Shown: piece after piece, positions 1 through 8,863 of the stretch
Numbering within the stretch: the stretch's first letter is position 1
Layout: each line of letters begins with the position of its first letter
From: Alphaproteobacteria bacterium
GTDB lineage: Bacteria > Pseudomonadota > Alphaproteobacteria > SHVV01
Direction of reading: 5' to 3'
NCBI GenBank assembly: GCA_965261645.1
Contig: CBDHDJ010000004.1
Location: forward strand, 1,397,273 to 1,461,272
Length of the DNA: 64,000 bases
Translations under genes and position numbers: made by a program
The notes under the pieces: generated by a model
Seen by the model: only the letters and a program-made list of their open reading frames with translations
Database searches by the model: none
What the model was told of the DNA's origin: nothing

Positions 1-1207
1 GCATCAGTAACGATAGATTGTGGCCGGCGACGTGGAGCAGGTATCGCTTGTGCACATTCTCTCGCCCGCGCAGCCAGGTTCGTCGCATGCCGCCACGATC
101 GAGGTTGTGGGCAAAGCAGCGCTCGACGATCTCGGCGCGCAGCTTGAAGGCCTCGCGGGCGACCCCGGACTTGAGCCGCGCACGGTTATTGGTGACCGCG
201 CGCCGCGCCGCCTCATCACCGTGCCAGCGCGAAAAGCCGGTCTGCTTGGGCGCCGCGATCCTGGTCTTCCAGGGACTGTCGTTCAGAGCCCTCAAGACCG
301 CCCGTGAGTGATAACCTTTGTCGGCGACGCATTCGGCCGGGTCCTCCGATGTCGGTGCCGCATCCACCGCCTCGAGGTTTGCCTCGGCCTTCGCCAGGGT
401 CTTGGAAAGCGTCGTGGTGTCGCCCTCATCGGCCGGGTGCAGCTCGGCCGCCACCACCGCGCCGGTGTCCAGATCCACCGCGTGCTCGGGCTTGTAGGCC
501 AGATGCGTCGTGCCGTCCTTCATCTTGGCGATCTTGGCCTCGGGGTCGCTCTTCGAAACCCAATCCGTGTTGGAAAGCTTCTTGCCCTTGCGCTTCCGGT
601 CCAGAGGCGCCAGGTCCTCGGCCGTGGGTGTCTCGACGCCGCTTTCCCGGGCCAGGCGCTCCAGCATCTCCCGGTAGCCTTCGCCGTTGTCGCGCCGCAC
701 GATGTTCCGCAGCGCCGCGTTGGCCTCCATGGTCGAGGCATCGACGCCGATGCGCTCGCCCTTGATCAGCCCCGCCTCGGCGATCAGCACCAGAACCCAG
801 TCGAAGACCGCCGCGTGGACTTCATGGGGCAGGCGCGTGCGGCTCCGTGACAGCCAGGAATGGTCCGGTACCCGATCACGGCTCCCCAGTCGCAGGAACG
901 CCCGCAGCGAAAGCGAGTCCGAGCAGCGCCACTCCAGACCGCGCTCGCTGTCGATGCCCTCAAAGTAGCCCACCAGGTGCATCCGGAAATAGCGCCCGGG
1001 CGGCACCGAGGGCGCGCCCATCCGGACCGCGTAATAAGGCCGGCAGCTCGCCTCGGCAAAGGCGTCGAAGCCGCCCTCGATCAGCACCGACTGCAAGCGG
1101 TCATAAAACACATGACCCGGAGAGCGCGGCATCTCCGACCAGCTCACCATCAGGTCCCCCTGACCATCCTTCTGCCGTCCCATCGCCATCGGCAAATCCC
1201 CCTGCAA
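1..1207 (-). CDS. IS1182-like DDE transposase (3' end outside the window)
   Basis: Reverse complement of the 454-aa ORF at 38865-40229, with a few substitutions. Confidence 0.9.
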   Translation of the reverse strand, partial: MQGDLPMAMGRQKDGQGDLMVSWSEMPRSPGHVFYDRLQSVLIEGGFDAFAEASCRPYYAVRMGAPSVPPGRYFRMHLVGYFEGIDSERGLEWRCSDSLSLRAFLRLGSRDRVPDHSWLSRSRTRLPHEVHAAVFDWVLVLIAEAGLIKGERIGVDASTMEANAALRNIVRRDNGEGYREMLERLARESGVETPTAEDLAPLDRKRKGKKLSNTDWVSKSDPEAKIAKMKDGTTHLAYKPEHAVDLDTGAVVAAELHPADEGDTTTLSKTLAKAEANLEAVDAAPTSEDPAECVADKGYHSRAVLRALNDSPWKTRIAAPKQTGFSRWHGDEAARRAVTNNRARLKSGVAREAFKLRAEIVERCFAHNLDRGGMRRTWLRGRENVHKRYLLHVAGHNLSLLM

Positions 1208-1254
1208 ATCAGGGAACCAGAGAATCAGACGGCGCCGACTTAATCAACGGGCTG
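1..1254 (-). mobile_element. IS1182/IS5-like insertion sequence, copy 1 (partial, right part outside the window)
   Basis: Near-identical reverse complement of 38818-40261. Terminal IR CTTAATCAACGGGCTG at 1239-1254; flank CTAA at 1255-1258. Confidence 0.95.
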
Positions 1255-1874
1255 CTAAGACCAATCGTCCTCGCGCCCGGGATCCTCGCCTTCGTGGATG
1301 GTCTGCGGCCCGCGCCGCAGGGTCTCGTCCAGCGCCGGCGCCGAGGGCGGCAGGGCGCCGAGCACGAGAAAGTCGAGCGAGGTCTCGAGCGCCCGCGCCA
1401 AATGCACGAGGTCCTCGAGGGTGGGCTCGCTCTCGGCGCGCTCGAGGCGCTCGTAGCGGGCGAGCGGGATGCCCGCTTTCTCGGCGATGGCTTGGGCCGC
1501 TGCGGCCGGCGGCCGGGTGCGGGCGAACTTCAGGGCCTCGGCGAAATTAACTTCAGGGCCTCGGCGAAATTGATGTGGTGGATGGCGGGATCGAACGGCG
1601 TCTCGGCCGCGGCGGAGGGAGAGGCGGCCAGATCGCGGCCCGCCTCGGCCCGCCACCGCAAGCGCGGCGGCAACACGGACTCCAGGGCGGCGATCGTACG
1701 GAGGCTGGGCAGGGCCGCGTGTTCGCTATGGAGCGGCCGGGTGATGTTGGTGGCCGAGGTGGCGGCGGCTCGGGCCCATCGATCGGCGGACCATCCGATC
1801 TCCTTCAGGACGCGCTGAAGCCAGCCTCTGATCTCGGCGCGGACCGGGCGCAGGATGTCGTGTTGCTTCGCCAT
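1255..1874 (-). pseudogene. Two-domain XRE/HTH transcriptional regulator, frameshifted
   Basis: ORFs 1530-1874 (HTH-like, WARAAATSATNITR..PSLRTIAALE) and 1255-1656 (IAEKAGIPLARYERLERAESEPTLEDLVHLARALETSLDFL). Removing one 23-bp tandem copy gives a 597-nt in-frame ORF. Confidence 0.75.
1526..1571. repeat. Perfect 23-bp tandem duplication
   Basis: AACTTCAGGGCCTCGGCGAAATT at 1526-1548 and 1549-1571. Confidence 0.95.
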
Positions 1875-2164
1875 TCAAGCGATTATCACCACCCGGTAAT
1901 TCGACGTCATGCTGCAAAAATACACGTTCTGCTTGTATAGATGCGATAGTGCAGTATCGTGGTGGTTCATGTTTCGAGGCTATATCAATCGTGGGTTGAA
2001 GGTGGCATGGACCCCGCGCCAGCGCTTTTGAAAAGAGAAGCCGGTTCGACACGGGAGATCGGCAAGAGCGTTTGGCCGGCGGGGCTGCTTGAGCTAACGT
2101 TGCGACTGGGAGCGGACAAGCAGAGCCGGCGGGGCCGCGCTCGCGAAGCGTGGGGCGAATGGCC

Positions 2165-2866
2165 ATGCAACAGCAACACGTCTGCATTACATGCGGTTAC
2201 AACATGATTGGGGAGTGCCCCGATTCGTGTCCGTTCTGCGGCGCTGGCCGTGAGGCGATCGTGTCGTCCGAGGTGTGCTCGCGCCGTTACGCGGTCGAGG
2301 GTGCTCCGGTCACGGACCGCATTACCCGGCTCAATTCCGTGCCGAAGCTCGGTATCGAGCATGCCGCCTATCGTATCGAGACCGGCACCAAGGTGTATTG
2401 GATCGATTGCCTGTCATCGTTCGATCGAAACCTGCCGCGCGCCGACGTCATCAGCTTCACCCATCCCGATTTTCTCGGCGCGTCGAATCAATACCGCGAG
2501 CGCTTTGGTGCGGATCCACAGGCTCGATTCCGAACATCCGCTCGCGCCGCCGTTTCCCTTCGACCGCCGGTTCGACGGCGATTTCAGCGGCGACGGAATC
2601 ACCGCGCACCACATCAACGGCCACAGCCCTGGATTTACCGTTTACTTGTTCGACGATGCCCTGCTCGTCTGTGATCTCGTCTTCACGCATACCGAGGAGA
2701 TGCAGTTCAACCCCCACGGGGACGGCGCGCGCACGCGTGAGGCGGGAGTTAAACTCGGCCGTCTCTTCAGGGCCGGTCCATCCGGCACGTGTGCGGCTAC
2801 AACTACGTCGCCAGCTACGACGATTGGAAGCCGCGCTTCGATGAGCTATTGAGCCGTTCCCAATGA
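2165..2866 (+). pseudogene. Rubredoxin-like zinc ribbon fused to an MBL-fold-like domain, two frameshifts
   Basis: CITCGYNM..CPDSCPFCGA, then FTHPDFLGA. Frame change near 2510 into IHRLD..GHSPGFTVYLF..VCD, and again near 2770 into VCGYNYVASYDDWKPRF..*. Confidence 0.65.
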
Positions 2867-3194
2867 GTCGTGTTCTAGTATTACGCGAGATTTACTCATC
2901 TTCAAGCTGTAGTGGCGTTTTGACTTGCGTGGGGTAGATGTATTTTGCCTATAAAATTAGCAAAAATTTTAGGAATTGTTTACTGATACTGCAATTGACA
3001 TCGTTTCTTGTTTTGATTATTGATCGATAACTCGATCGGCGCATCCAGAGGTCATCCCGTCGCTTCGCATGCCGCAAGAGGAATGCTCCCGTTCGCTCCT
3101 TTGTCGAACCACGTTCGGGCATGAACTTGGCCTGTGGCGCGGGTTGAGGCGGTGGCCGCCACCGGCGCGCCAAAGGGAATGAGGTCGGATTCTC

Positions 3195-3629
3195 GTGGCG
3201 AAGTCAGCAAGGGGCTCTCCCTGTAAACCGAACTCGGTCGATACCCATGTGGGCAGCCGGGTTCGCTTGCGCCGCACCTTGCTCGGCATGAGCCAGGAGA
3301 AGCTGGCCGACGCGGTGGAGCTCACCTTTCAGCAGATTCAGAAATACGAGCGCGGCATCAACCGTATCGGCGCGAGCCGGCTTTATCAGTTCAGCCGCAT
3401 CCTCGACGTGCCGATCTCGTTCTTCTTCGAAAGCATGCCTGCCGAGGCCGCAGGCGTGCGCGGTTTGAGCGAACCGCCGGCCCGGCCCTTCGAGCAGGGC
3501 CAGCTGACCCGGCGCGAGACCCTCGAATTGGTGCGCGCGTACTATCGCATCGAGGATCCCAAGGTCCGCAATCGCGTTTTCGACCTCGTCAAGGCGATCG
3601 CGTCGGGAGGGGCCGCGCGCAGCTCCTGA
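3195..3629 (+). CDS. XRE-family HTH transcriptional regulator
   Basis: HVGSRVRLRRTLLGMSQEKLA..LTFQQIQKYERGINRIGASRL. This type typically lies upstream of metK in alphaproteobacteria. Confidence 0.92.
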   Translation: MAKSARGSPCKPNSVDTHVGSRVRLRRTLLGMSQEKLADAVELTFQQIQKYERGINRIGASRLYQFSRILDVPISFFFESMPAEAAGVRGLSEPPARPFEQGQLTRRETLELVRAYYRIEDPKVRNRVFDLVKAIASGGAARSS

Positions 3630-3878
3630 CGCCGGCCGGGGCCCTGGCCCAACCGGGACGTCCGCATTTCTGGAGTCTCGATCAAACACTTGACCGGCGC
3701 GGGAAAGCCTGACAAGTAACCCCTGTCCTTGCGCGCGTGTCAGCTTGTCAGCGCCTTTCGCGCCGTGCCGGGGCCGGCTCGCGACGACCGAATATCAGCG
3801 AGACGCAGGGTGCCGGTGCCGTGCTCGGGGCTCGTCAAAGCCGGTGCCGAGAGAATCCAGCAGCACGGAGACGAAGGC

Positions 3879-5048
3879 GTGCCAAGGTCTAACTACCTGT
3901 TCACCAGCGAATCCGTTTCCGAAGGTCACCCCGACAAGATTTGCGACCGCATCTCGGATGCCATTGTCGATATGTATCTGACTGCCGAACCCGAAGCCCG
4001 GGTGGCGGTCGAGACCATGACGACGACCAACCGGATCGTCCTCGCGGGTGAGGTGCGCGGTCCCGATACGATCACGCAACAAGACATGGAGGATGTGGCG
4101 CGCGCCTGCGTCAGGCAAATCGGTTACGAGCAAGAACGCTTTCATTGGCGGAAGGCGACGCTCGAGGTTTACGTGCATCCCCAATCGCCGGACATCGCCG
4201 CCGGCGTCGATGCCAGCGGCAACAAGGACGAGGGCGCCGGGGATCAGGGCATCATGTTCGGCTACGCCTGCCGCGAGACCGGCGCGTTGATGCCGGCGCC
4301 CATCTACTACGCCCACAATATTCTTCGCTCCCTCGCCGAGGCGCGTCATTCCGGGGCCGAGCCCGCGCTCGGGCCCGACGCCAAGAGCCAAGTGACGCTG
4401 CAATACGAGGGCGGCCAGCCCGTGCGGGCGACCTCCATCGTGGTTTCCACCCAGCACGCTGCCGGCCTTGATTCCGATGACGTGCGCGAGATCGTTCGCC
4501 CTCACGTCATCAATGTCTTGCCCGATGGCTGGATGTGCGGGGAGGAGAATTTTTACGTCAATCCCACCGGCCGGTTCGTGATCGGCGGGCCCGATGGCGA
4601 CACCGGCGTCACCGGGCGCAAGATCATCGTCGATACTTACGGTGGCGCCGCACCCCATGGCGGCGGCGCGTTCTCGGGCAAGGATCCCTCGAAGGTCGAT
4701 CGCTCGGCCGCCTACGCCGTGCGGTATTTGGCCAAGAACGTGGTGGCGGCGGGGCTCGCGGAGCGTTGCACCATTCAGTTGTCGTACGCGATCGGGGTTT
4801 CGAAGCCGTTGTCGCTCTATGTCAATCTCCATGGCACCGGCGAGGTTGCCGAGTCGCGCTTGGAGGAGATTCTCGGCGAGGTGATGGACCTGAGCCCGCG
4901 GGGCATTCGCGAGCATCTCGGGTTGAACCGGCCGATCTACGCGCGCACCGCCGCCTACGGCCATTTCGGCCGTGAGCCCGAGCCCGACGGGGGCTTTTCC
5001 TGGGAGCGGCTCGATCTGGTTGATGAGTTGAGGTCCGCATTGGTCTGA
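3879..5048 (+). CDS. metK: S-adenosylmethionine synthetase
   Basis: [19 protein letters not shown] and GGGAFSGKD motifs. GTG start chosen at 3879. Confidence 0.98.
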   Translation: MPRSNYLFTSESVSEGHPDKICDRISDAIVDMYLTAEPEARVAVETMTTTNRIVLAGEVRGPDTITQQDMEDVARACVRQIGYEQERFHWRKATLEVYVHPQSPDIAAGVDASGNKDEGAGDQGIMFGYACRETGALMPAPIYYAHNILRSLAEARHSGAEPALGPDAKSQVTLQYEGGQPVRATSIVVSTQHAAGLDSDDVREIVRPHVINVLPDGWMCGEENFYVNPTGRFVIGGPDGDTGVTGRKIIVDTYGGAAPHGGGAFSGKDPSKVDRSAAYAVRYLAKNVVAAGLAERCTIQLSYAIGVSKPLSLYVNLHGTGEVAESRLEEILGEVMDLSPRGIREHLGLNRPIYARTAAYGHFGREPEPDGGFSWERLDLVDELRSALV

Positions 5049-5061
5049 GGCGGTGCCGTGC

Positions 5062-5778
5062 ATGGCCCGAGTCCCCACGCCCGAGCGCCGCAACCTCTAC
5101 GGCCGTCGCCGCGGGCATCGGCTGCGCAAAGGCCGCGAAACGCTCCTCAAGGCCCATCTGCCCACCCTGGCCATCGAGCTCCCGGAGGGCGACCAGGCGA
5201 CGTTCGATCCAGCGAGCGCGCTTGCATTTGCGCCTACGGATGTTTGGCTCGAAATCGGCTTCGGCGCGGGCGAACATCTCAGCCAACAGGCCCGCGCCAA
5301 CCCCACCGTGGCGTGTATTGGTTGCGAGCCCTATACCAATGGTGTGGCCAGCCTGGTGCGGTATGTCGATCAGGAGCGCCTGACCAACATCCGCATTTTC
5401 ACCGATGACGCCCGGCTCCTGATCCACAGGCTGCCCGACGCGTGCCTCGGCCGCGTCTTCCTGTTGTTCCCCGATCCCTGGCCCAAGCGCCGCCATCACA
5501 AGCGCCGCTTCGTGCAGCCGGCGTTGCTCGACGAGCTCGCCCGCGTCATGAAAGGCGGCGCCGAGTTCCGCTTGGCCACCGACCATGATGATTATTGCCG
5601 CTGGGCGCTCGGTCACCTGCTCGACCATGGCGCCTTTGCTTGGCTGGTGCGCCGCCCGGCCGATTGGCGCACCCGGCCGGCAGACTGGCCGGAGACGCGC
5701 TATGAACGTCGGACCCGAGGTGAAGGCCGGCGCAGCACCTTCCTCAGGTTTGCGCGCCGTGGCGAGCCGCCGCGCTAG
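5062..5778 (+). CDS. trmB: tRNA (guanine-N7)-methyltransferase
   Basis: LEIGFGAGEHL, FPDPWPKRRHHKRR, TRYE. Confidence 0.96.
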   Translation: MARVPTPERRNLYGRRRGHRLRKGRETLLKAHLPTLAIELPEGDQATFDPASALAFAPTDVWLEIGFGAGEHLSQQARANPTVACIGCEPYTNGVASLVRYVDQERLTNIRIFTDDARLLIHRLPDACLGRVFLLFPDPWPKRRHHKRRFVQPALLDELARVMKGGAEFRLATDHDDYCRWALGHLLDHGAFAWLVRRPADWRTRPADWPETRYERRTRGEGRRSTFLRFARRGEPPR

Positions 5779-5898
5779 GAGCCGGGTCGGTATGGCCGGA
5801 CGGCGAAAAAGGTCTTGAAGAGCTCGCCGATCGCTCTAATATCAGGTTCGATAAGACATAACTTGGAGCCTGACCTTTCATTCAGGCAGGGCATTCAG

Positions 5899-5921
5899 GG
5901 TGGGCGGCAGCCCACTTTTTT
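5899..5921 (+). promoter_or_regulatory. rimP leader hairpin (terminator/attenuator-like)
   Basis: GTGGG-CGGCAG-CCCAC followed by TTTTTT immediately before rimP. Resembles the widespread rimP-leader hairpin. Confidence 0.6.
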
Positions 5922-5928
5922 GTTGTCG

Positions 5929-6489
5929 ATGATCGGATCTTCGGCGGTGACGAGCGTGCGGCAGACCGGAGCAGCGCAACCGGCGGCGGAGCGGATCGAC
6001 CGGCTCCTCGCGTCGAGCCTGGAGGCAACCGGCTACCGCCTTGTTCGCGTTCGCCTCACGGGCAGAGGGCGACCGACGTTGCAGATCATGGTCGAGCATG
6101 TTGGGGGCGACGAGGTGACCATCGACGACTGTGCCGAAATCAGCCGTCACGTGTCGGCCCTCCTCGATGTTGAGGATCCGATCAAGGGCGAATACGTACT
6201 CGAGGTGAGCTCGCCGGGGATCGAGCGCCCGCTCGTTCGCCCGGAGGATTTTGACCGCTTCGCCGGCCATGAGGCGAAGATCGAGACGGCCCGCTCGCTC
6301 GGCGGACGCCGGCGCTTTCGCGGCACGTTGCTGCATGCCGCGGGAGACGGAGTTCATATGGCGGTGGATGGCGAGGTGCTCGCCATCGCCTTCGACGATA
6401 TCGCGACCGCACAGCTCGTCCTGACCGACGCGTTGATCGCTGAAAGCCTGAAGCGGGAAGACCGGCGACGGAAACACGAGGACCGATAG
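5929..6489 (+). CDS. rimP: Ribosome maturation factor RimP (start uncertain)
   Basis: TIDDCAEISR..LDVEDPI..YVLEVSSPGIERPL; upstream of nusA. Confidence 0.95.
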   Translation: MIGSSAVTSVRQTGAAQPAAERIDRLLASSLEATGYRLVRVRLTGRGRPTLQIMVEHVGGDEVTIDDCAEISRHVSALLDVEDPIKGEYVLEVSSPGIERPLVRPEDFDRFAGHEAKIETARSLGGRRRFRGTLLHAAGDGVHMAVDGEVLAIAFDDIATAQLVLTDALIAESLKREDRRRKHEDR

Positions 6490-8205
6490 ATGACGACGAC
6501 CGAACCGGAAGAACCGGGCAGTCTGAACAGGCTGGAATTGCTGCACGTCGCCGATGCGGTGGCGCGTGAGAAGGGAATCGAGCGCGAAACCGTGATCGCA
6601 GCGCTCGAGGAAGCCATTCAGAAGGCGGCGCGCTCCAAATATGGGGCGGAGAACGACATTCGTGCCGAGATCAATGACCGAACTGGAGAGATCCGCCTGT
6701 TCCGTTGTCTCGAGGTTTGCGACGAGATCGAGTTCGATGCGCGCCAGATCACGCTCGACGAGGCGCGCGATCGCAATCCGGACGCGCAACTCGGTGATAT
6801 CCTCGCCGAAGCGTTGCCGGCGATTGATTTCGGCCGCATCGCCGCGCAGACCGCGAAGCAGGTCATCGTCCAGAAGGTGCGCGATGCCGAGCGAGAGCGC
6901 CAGTACCAGGAATACAAGGACCGGATCAGCGAACTCGCCAACGGCCTGGTGAAGCGCGTCGAATACGGCAACGTCACCGTCGATCTCGGGCGGGGCGAGG
7001 CGGTGATCCGGCGTGACGAGCTGCTGCCGCGCGAGAACTACCGGCCTGGCGATCGCGTGCGGGGGTACATCTACGACGTCAGGCGCGAGATCCGGGGGCC
7101 GCAGATCTTCCTGTCGCGCACCCACCCACAGTTCATGTCCAAGTTGTTCGCCCAGGAAGTCCCGGAGGTCTACGACAGCATCATCGAGATCAAGTCGGTG
7201 GCGCGCGATCCCGGGAGCCGAGCCAAGATCGGCGTGTTTTCGAATGATTCAAGCATCGATCCGGTCGGCGCCTGCGTCGGCATGCGCGGCAGTCGCGTGC
7301 AGGCCGTGGTCAACGAGTTGCAGGGCGAGAAGATCGACATCATCCAGTGGTCGCCCGATGCCGCGACCTTCATCGTCAACGCGCTGGCCCCCGCCGAGGT
7401 GGCCAAGGTGGTGCTCGACGAGGAGGCAATGCGCATCGAGGTGGTGGTGCCCGACGAACAACTGAGCCTGGCCATCGGCCGGCGCGGGCAAAACGTCCGG
7501 TTGGCCTCGCAGCTGACCGGCTGGGACATCGACATCCTCACCGAGGCCGAGGAATCGGAGCGGCGGCAGGAGGAGTTCCGCCAGCGCAGCCAAATGTTCA
7601 TCGATACCCTCGATGTCGACGAGGTGATCGCCCAGCTGCTGGTGTCCGAGGGTTTCTCGGCGGTCGAGGAGGTCGCCTACGTGCCAATCGAGGAGCTCGC
7701 GGCGATCGAAGGGTTCGATGAGACGCTCGGCGCTGAGCTGCGTGAGCGCGCCGGGGGCTATCTCGTCGAGCTCAACAACCGCCTCACCGAGGAGCGCCGC
7801 GCGCTCGGCGTCACCGATGAGATGGCCGAAGTGTCCGGGCTCGCTCCGGCCATGCTGGTTACGCTTGGCAACGCCGGGATCAAGACGCGCGATGATCTGG
7901 CCGAGTTGGCCAACGACGAGTTGATGGAGCTCTTGCCCGAACAGGGCCTGATTGAGGACGAGGCCAATACGATCATCATGGCCGCGCGTGCGCACTGGTT
8001 TGAGGACGAGGACGAGGCCGAAGCGGCGGCGGATGACGGCGTTGGCGAGGAGGAGGCCACAGAGGAGGCCGCAGAGGAGGCCAAGGAGGAGGCCGCAGAG
8101 GAGGCCAAGGAGGACGCCGCAGAGGAGGCCAAGGAGGACGCCGAGGCGGCGGCTGAAACGGATATCAGCGACGAGGCCCCGGCGGCGCGTGACGAGCCGT
8201 CGTAG
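6490..8205 (+). CDS. nusA: Transcription termination/antitermination factor NusA
   Basis: [14 protein letters not shown]1/KH motifs ([23 protein letters not shown]); acidic C-terminal tail. Confidence 0.98.
   Translation: MTTTEPEEPGSLNRLELLHVADAVAREKGIERETVIAALEEAIQKAARSKYGAENDIRAEINDRTGEIRLFRCLEVCDEIEFDARQITLDEARDRNPDAQLGDILAEALPAIDFGRIAAQTAKQVIVQKVRDAERERQYQEYKDRISELANGLVKRVEYGNVTVDLGRGEAVIRRDELLPRENYRPGDRVRGYIYDVRREIRGPQIFLSRTHPQFMSKLFAQEVPEVYDSIIEIKSVARDPGSRAKIGVFSNDSSIDPVGACVGMRGSRVQAVVNELQGEKIDIIQWSPDAATFIVNALAPAEVAKVVLDEEAMRIEVVVPDEQLSLAIGRRGQNVRLASQLTGWDIDILTEAEESERRQEEFRQRSQMFIDTLDVDEVIAQLLVSEGFSAVEEVAYVPIEELAAIEGFDETLGAELRERAGGYLVELNNRLTEERRALGVTDEMAEVSGLAPAMLVTLGNAGIKTRDDLAELANDELMELLPEQGLIEDEANTIIMAARAHWFEDEDEAEAAADDGVGEEEATEEAAEEAKEEAAEEAKEDAAEEAKEDAEAAAETDISDEAPAARDEPS
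8071..8142 (+). repeat. In-frame 24-bp tandem repeat x3 in the nusA tail
   Basis: GCAGAGGAGGCCAAGGAGGA(G/C)GCC at 8071, 8095 and 8119; encodes AEEAKE(E/D)A. Confidence 0.9.
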
Positions 8206-8250
8206 AGCCCGTCGCCTCGTGCAGCCCGGTGATCGGAGCAAGACGGCGCT

Positions 8251-8853
8251 ATGGAGAGCCGCCGGCGCTGCATCGTCACCGGGGAGATCAGGGATCCGGC
8301 GCTGTTGCTTCGCTTCGTCGTCGACCCTGAGAATCGCGTGGTGCCCGATGTCGCCGCCAAACTGCCCGGCCGGGGGGTGTGGCTGAGCGCCTCACGCGAG
8401 GTTTTGGCCAAGGCGGTGCAAAAAGGCGCGTTCGCCCGTGCGGCGCGGCGCAATGTCGAGATCGACGAGAACCTGGCCGATCGCATCGAGGCCCTGCTCG
8501 TCGCACGCTGCCTCGATCTCGTCGGACTGGCCCGGCGTGCCAGCCAAGTCGTCAGTGGCGCCGAACGGGTTCGCCAAGCGCTACGGCACAGGCGTGCAGC
8601 GGTCCTGCTGGAAGCGGCCGATGGCGCCCCCGGCAATCGTCTGGCGCCACCGGCGAAGGGCCCCCGCGTTCCCGTTGTTGGGCTGTTTTCCCGGGCCGAA
8701 TTGGGTTTAGCATTGGGGCGCGGAAATGTGGTACATGCTGCGCTGACGCCGGGCGGGATCGCCGAGCACCTCCTGGCGGAGGTGACGCGGCTCGAGGGAT
8801 TTCGGAGGGCTGATCAGACGCCTGAGAATGGCGAATCAGGCCCTTCCGCGTGA
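8251..8853 (+). CDS. YlxR/DUF448 RNA-binding protein with L7Ae-like C-terminal part
   Basis: [33 protein letters not shown]; located between nusA and infB. Confidence 0.9.
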   Translation: MESRRRCIVTGEIRDPALLLRFVVDPENRVVPDVAAKLPGRGVWLSASREVLAKAVQKGAFARAARRNVEIDENLADRIEALLVARCLDLVGLARRASQVVSGAERVRQALRHRRAAVLLEAADGAPGNRLAPPAKGPRVPVVGLFSRAELGLALGRGNVVHAALTPGGIAEHLLAEVTRLEGFRRADQTPENGESGPSA

Positions 8854-8863
8854 TCGGGATTCG

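Noticed and set aside
1-336. The window start matches the window end (63665-64000), suggesting a circular element or assembly overlap
   Set aside because: Both are IS copies and they differ (GATCCTGGTC near 257 versus GATCCGGGTC near 63921). The enclosed DNA is core chromosome.
3630-3878. Possible SAM riboswitch or tRNA in the metK leader
   Set aside because: I could not find SAM-II, SAM-SAH or tRNA consensus elements by eye. An Rfam scan would be needed.
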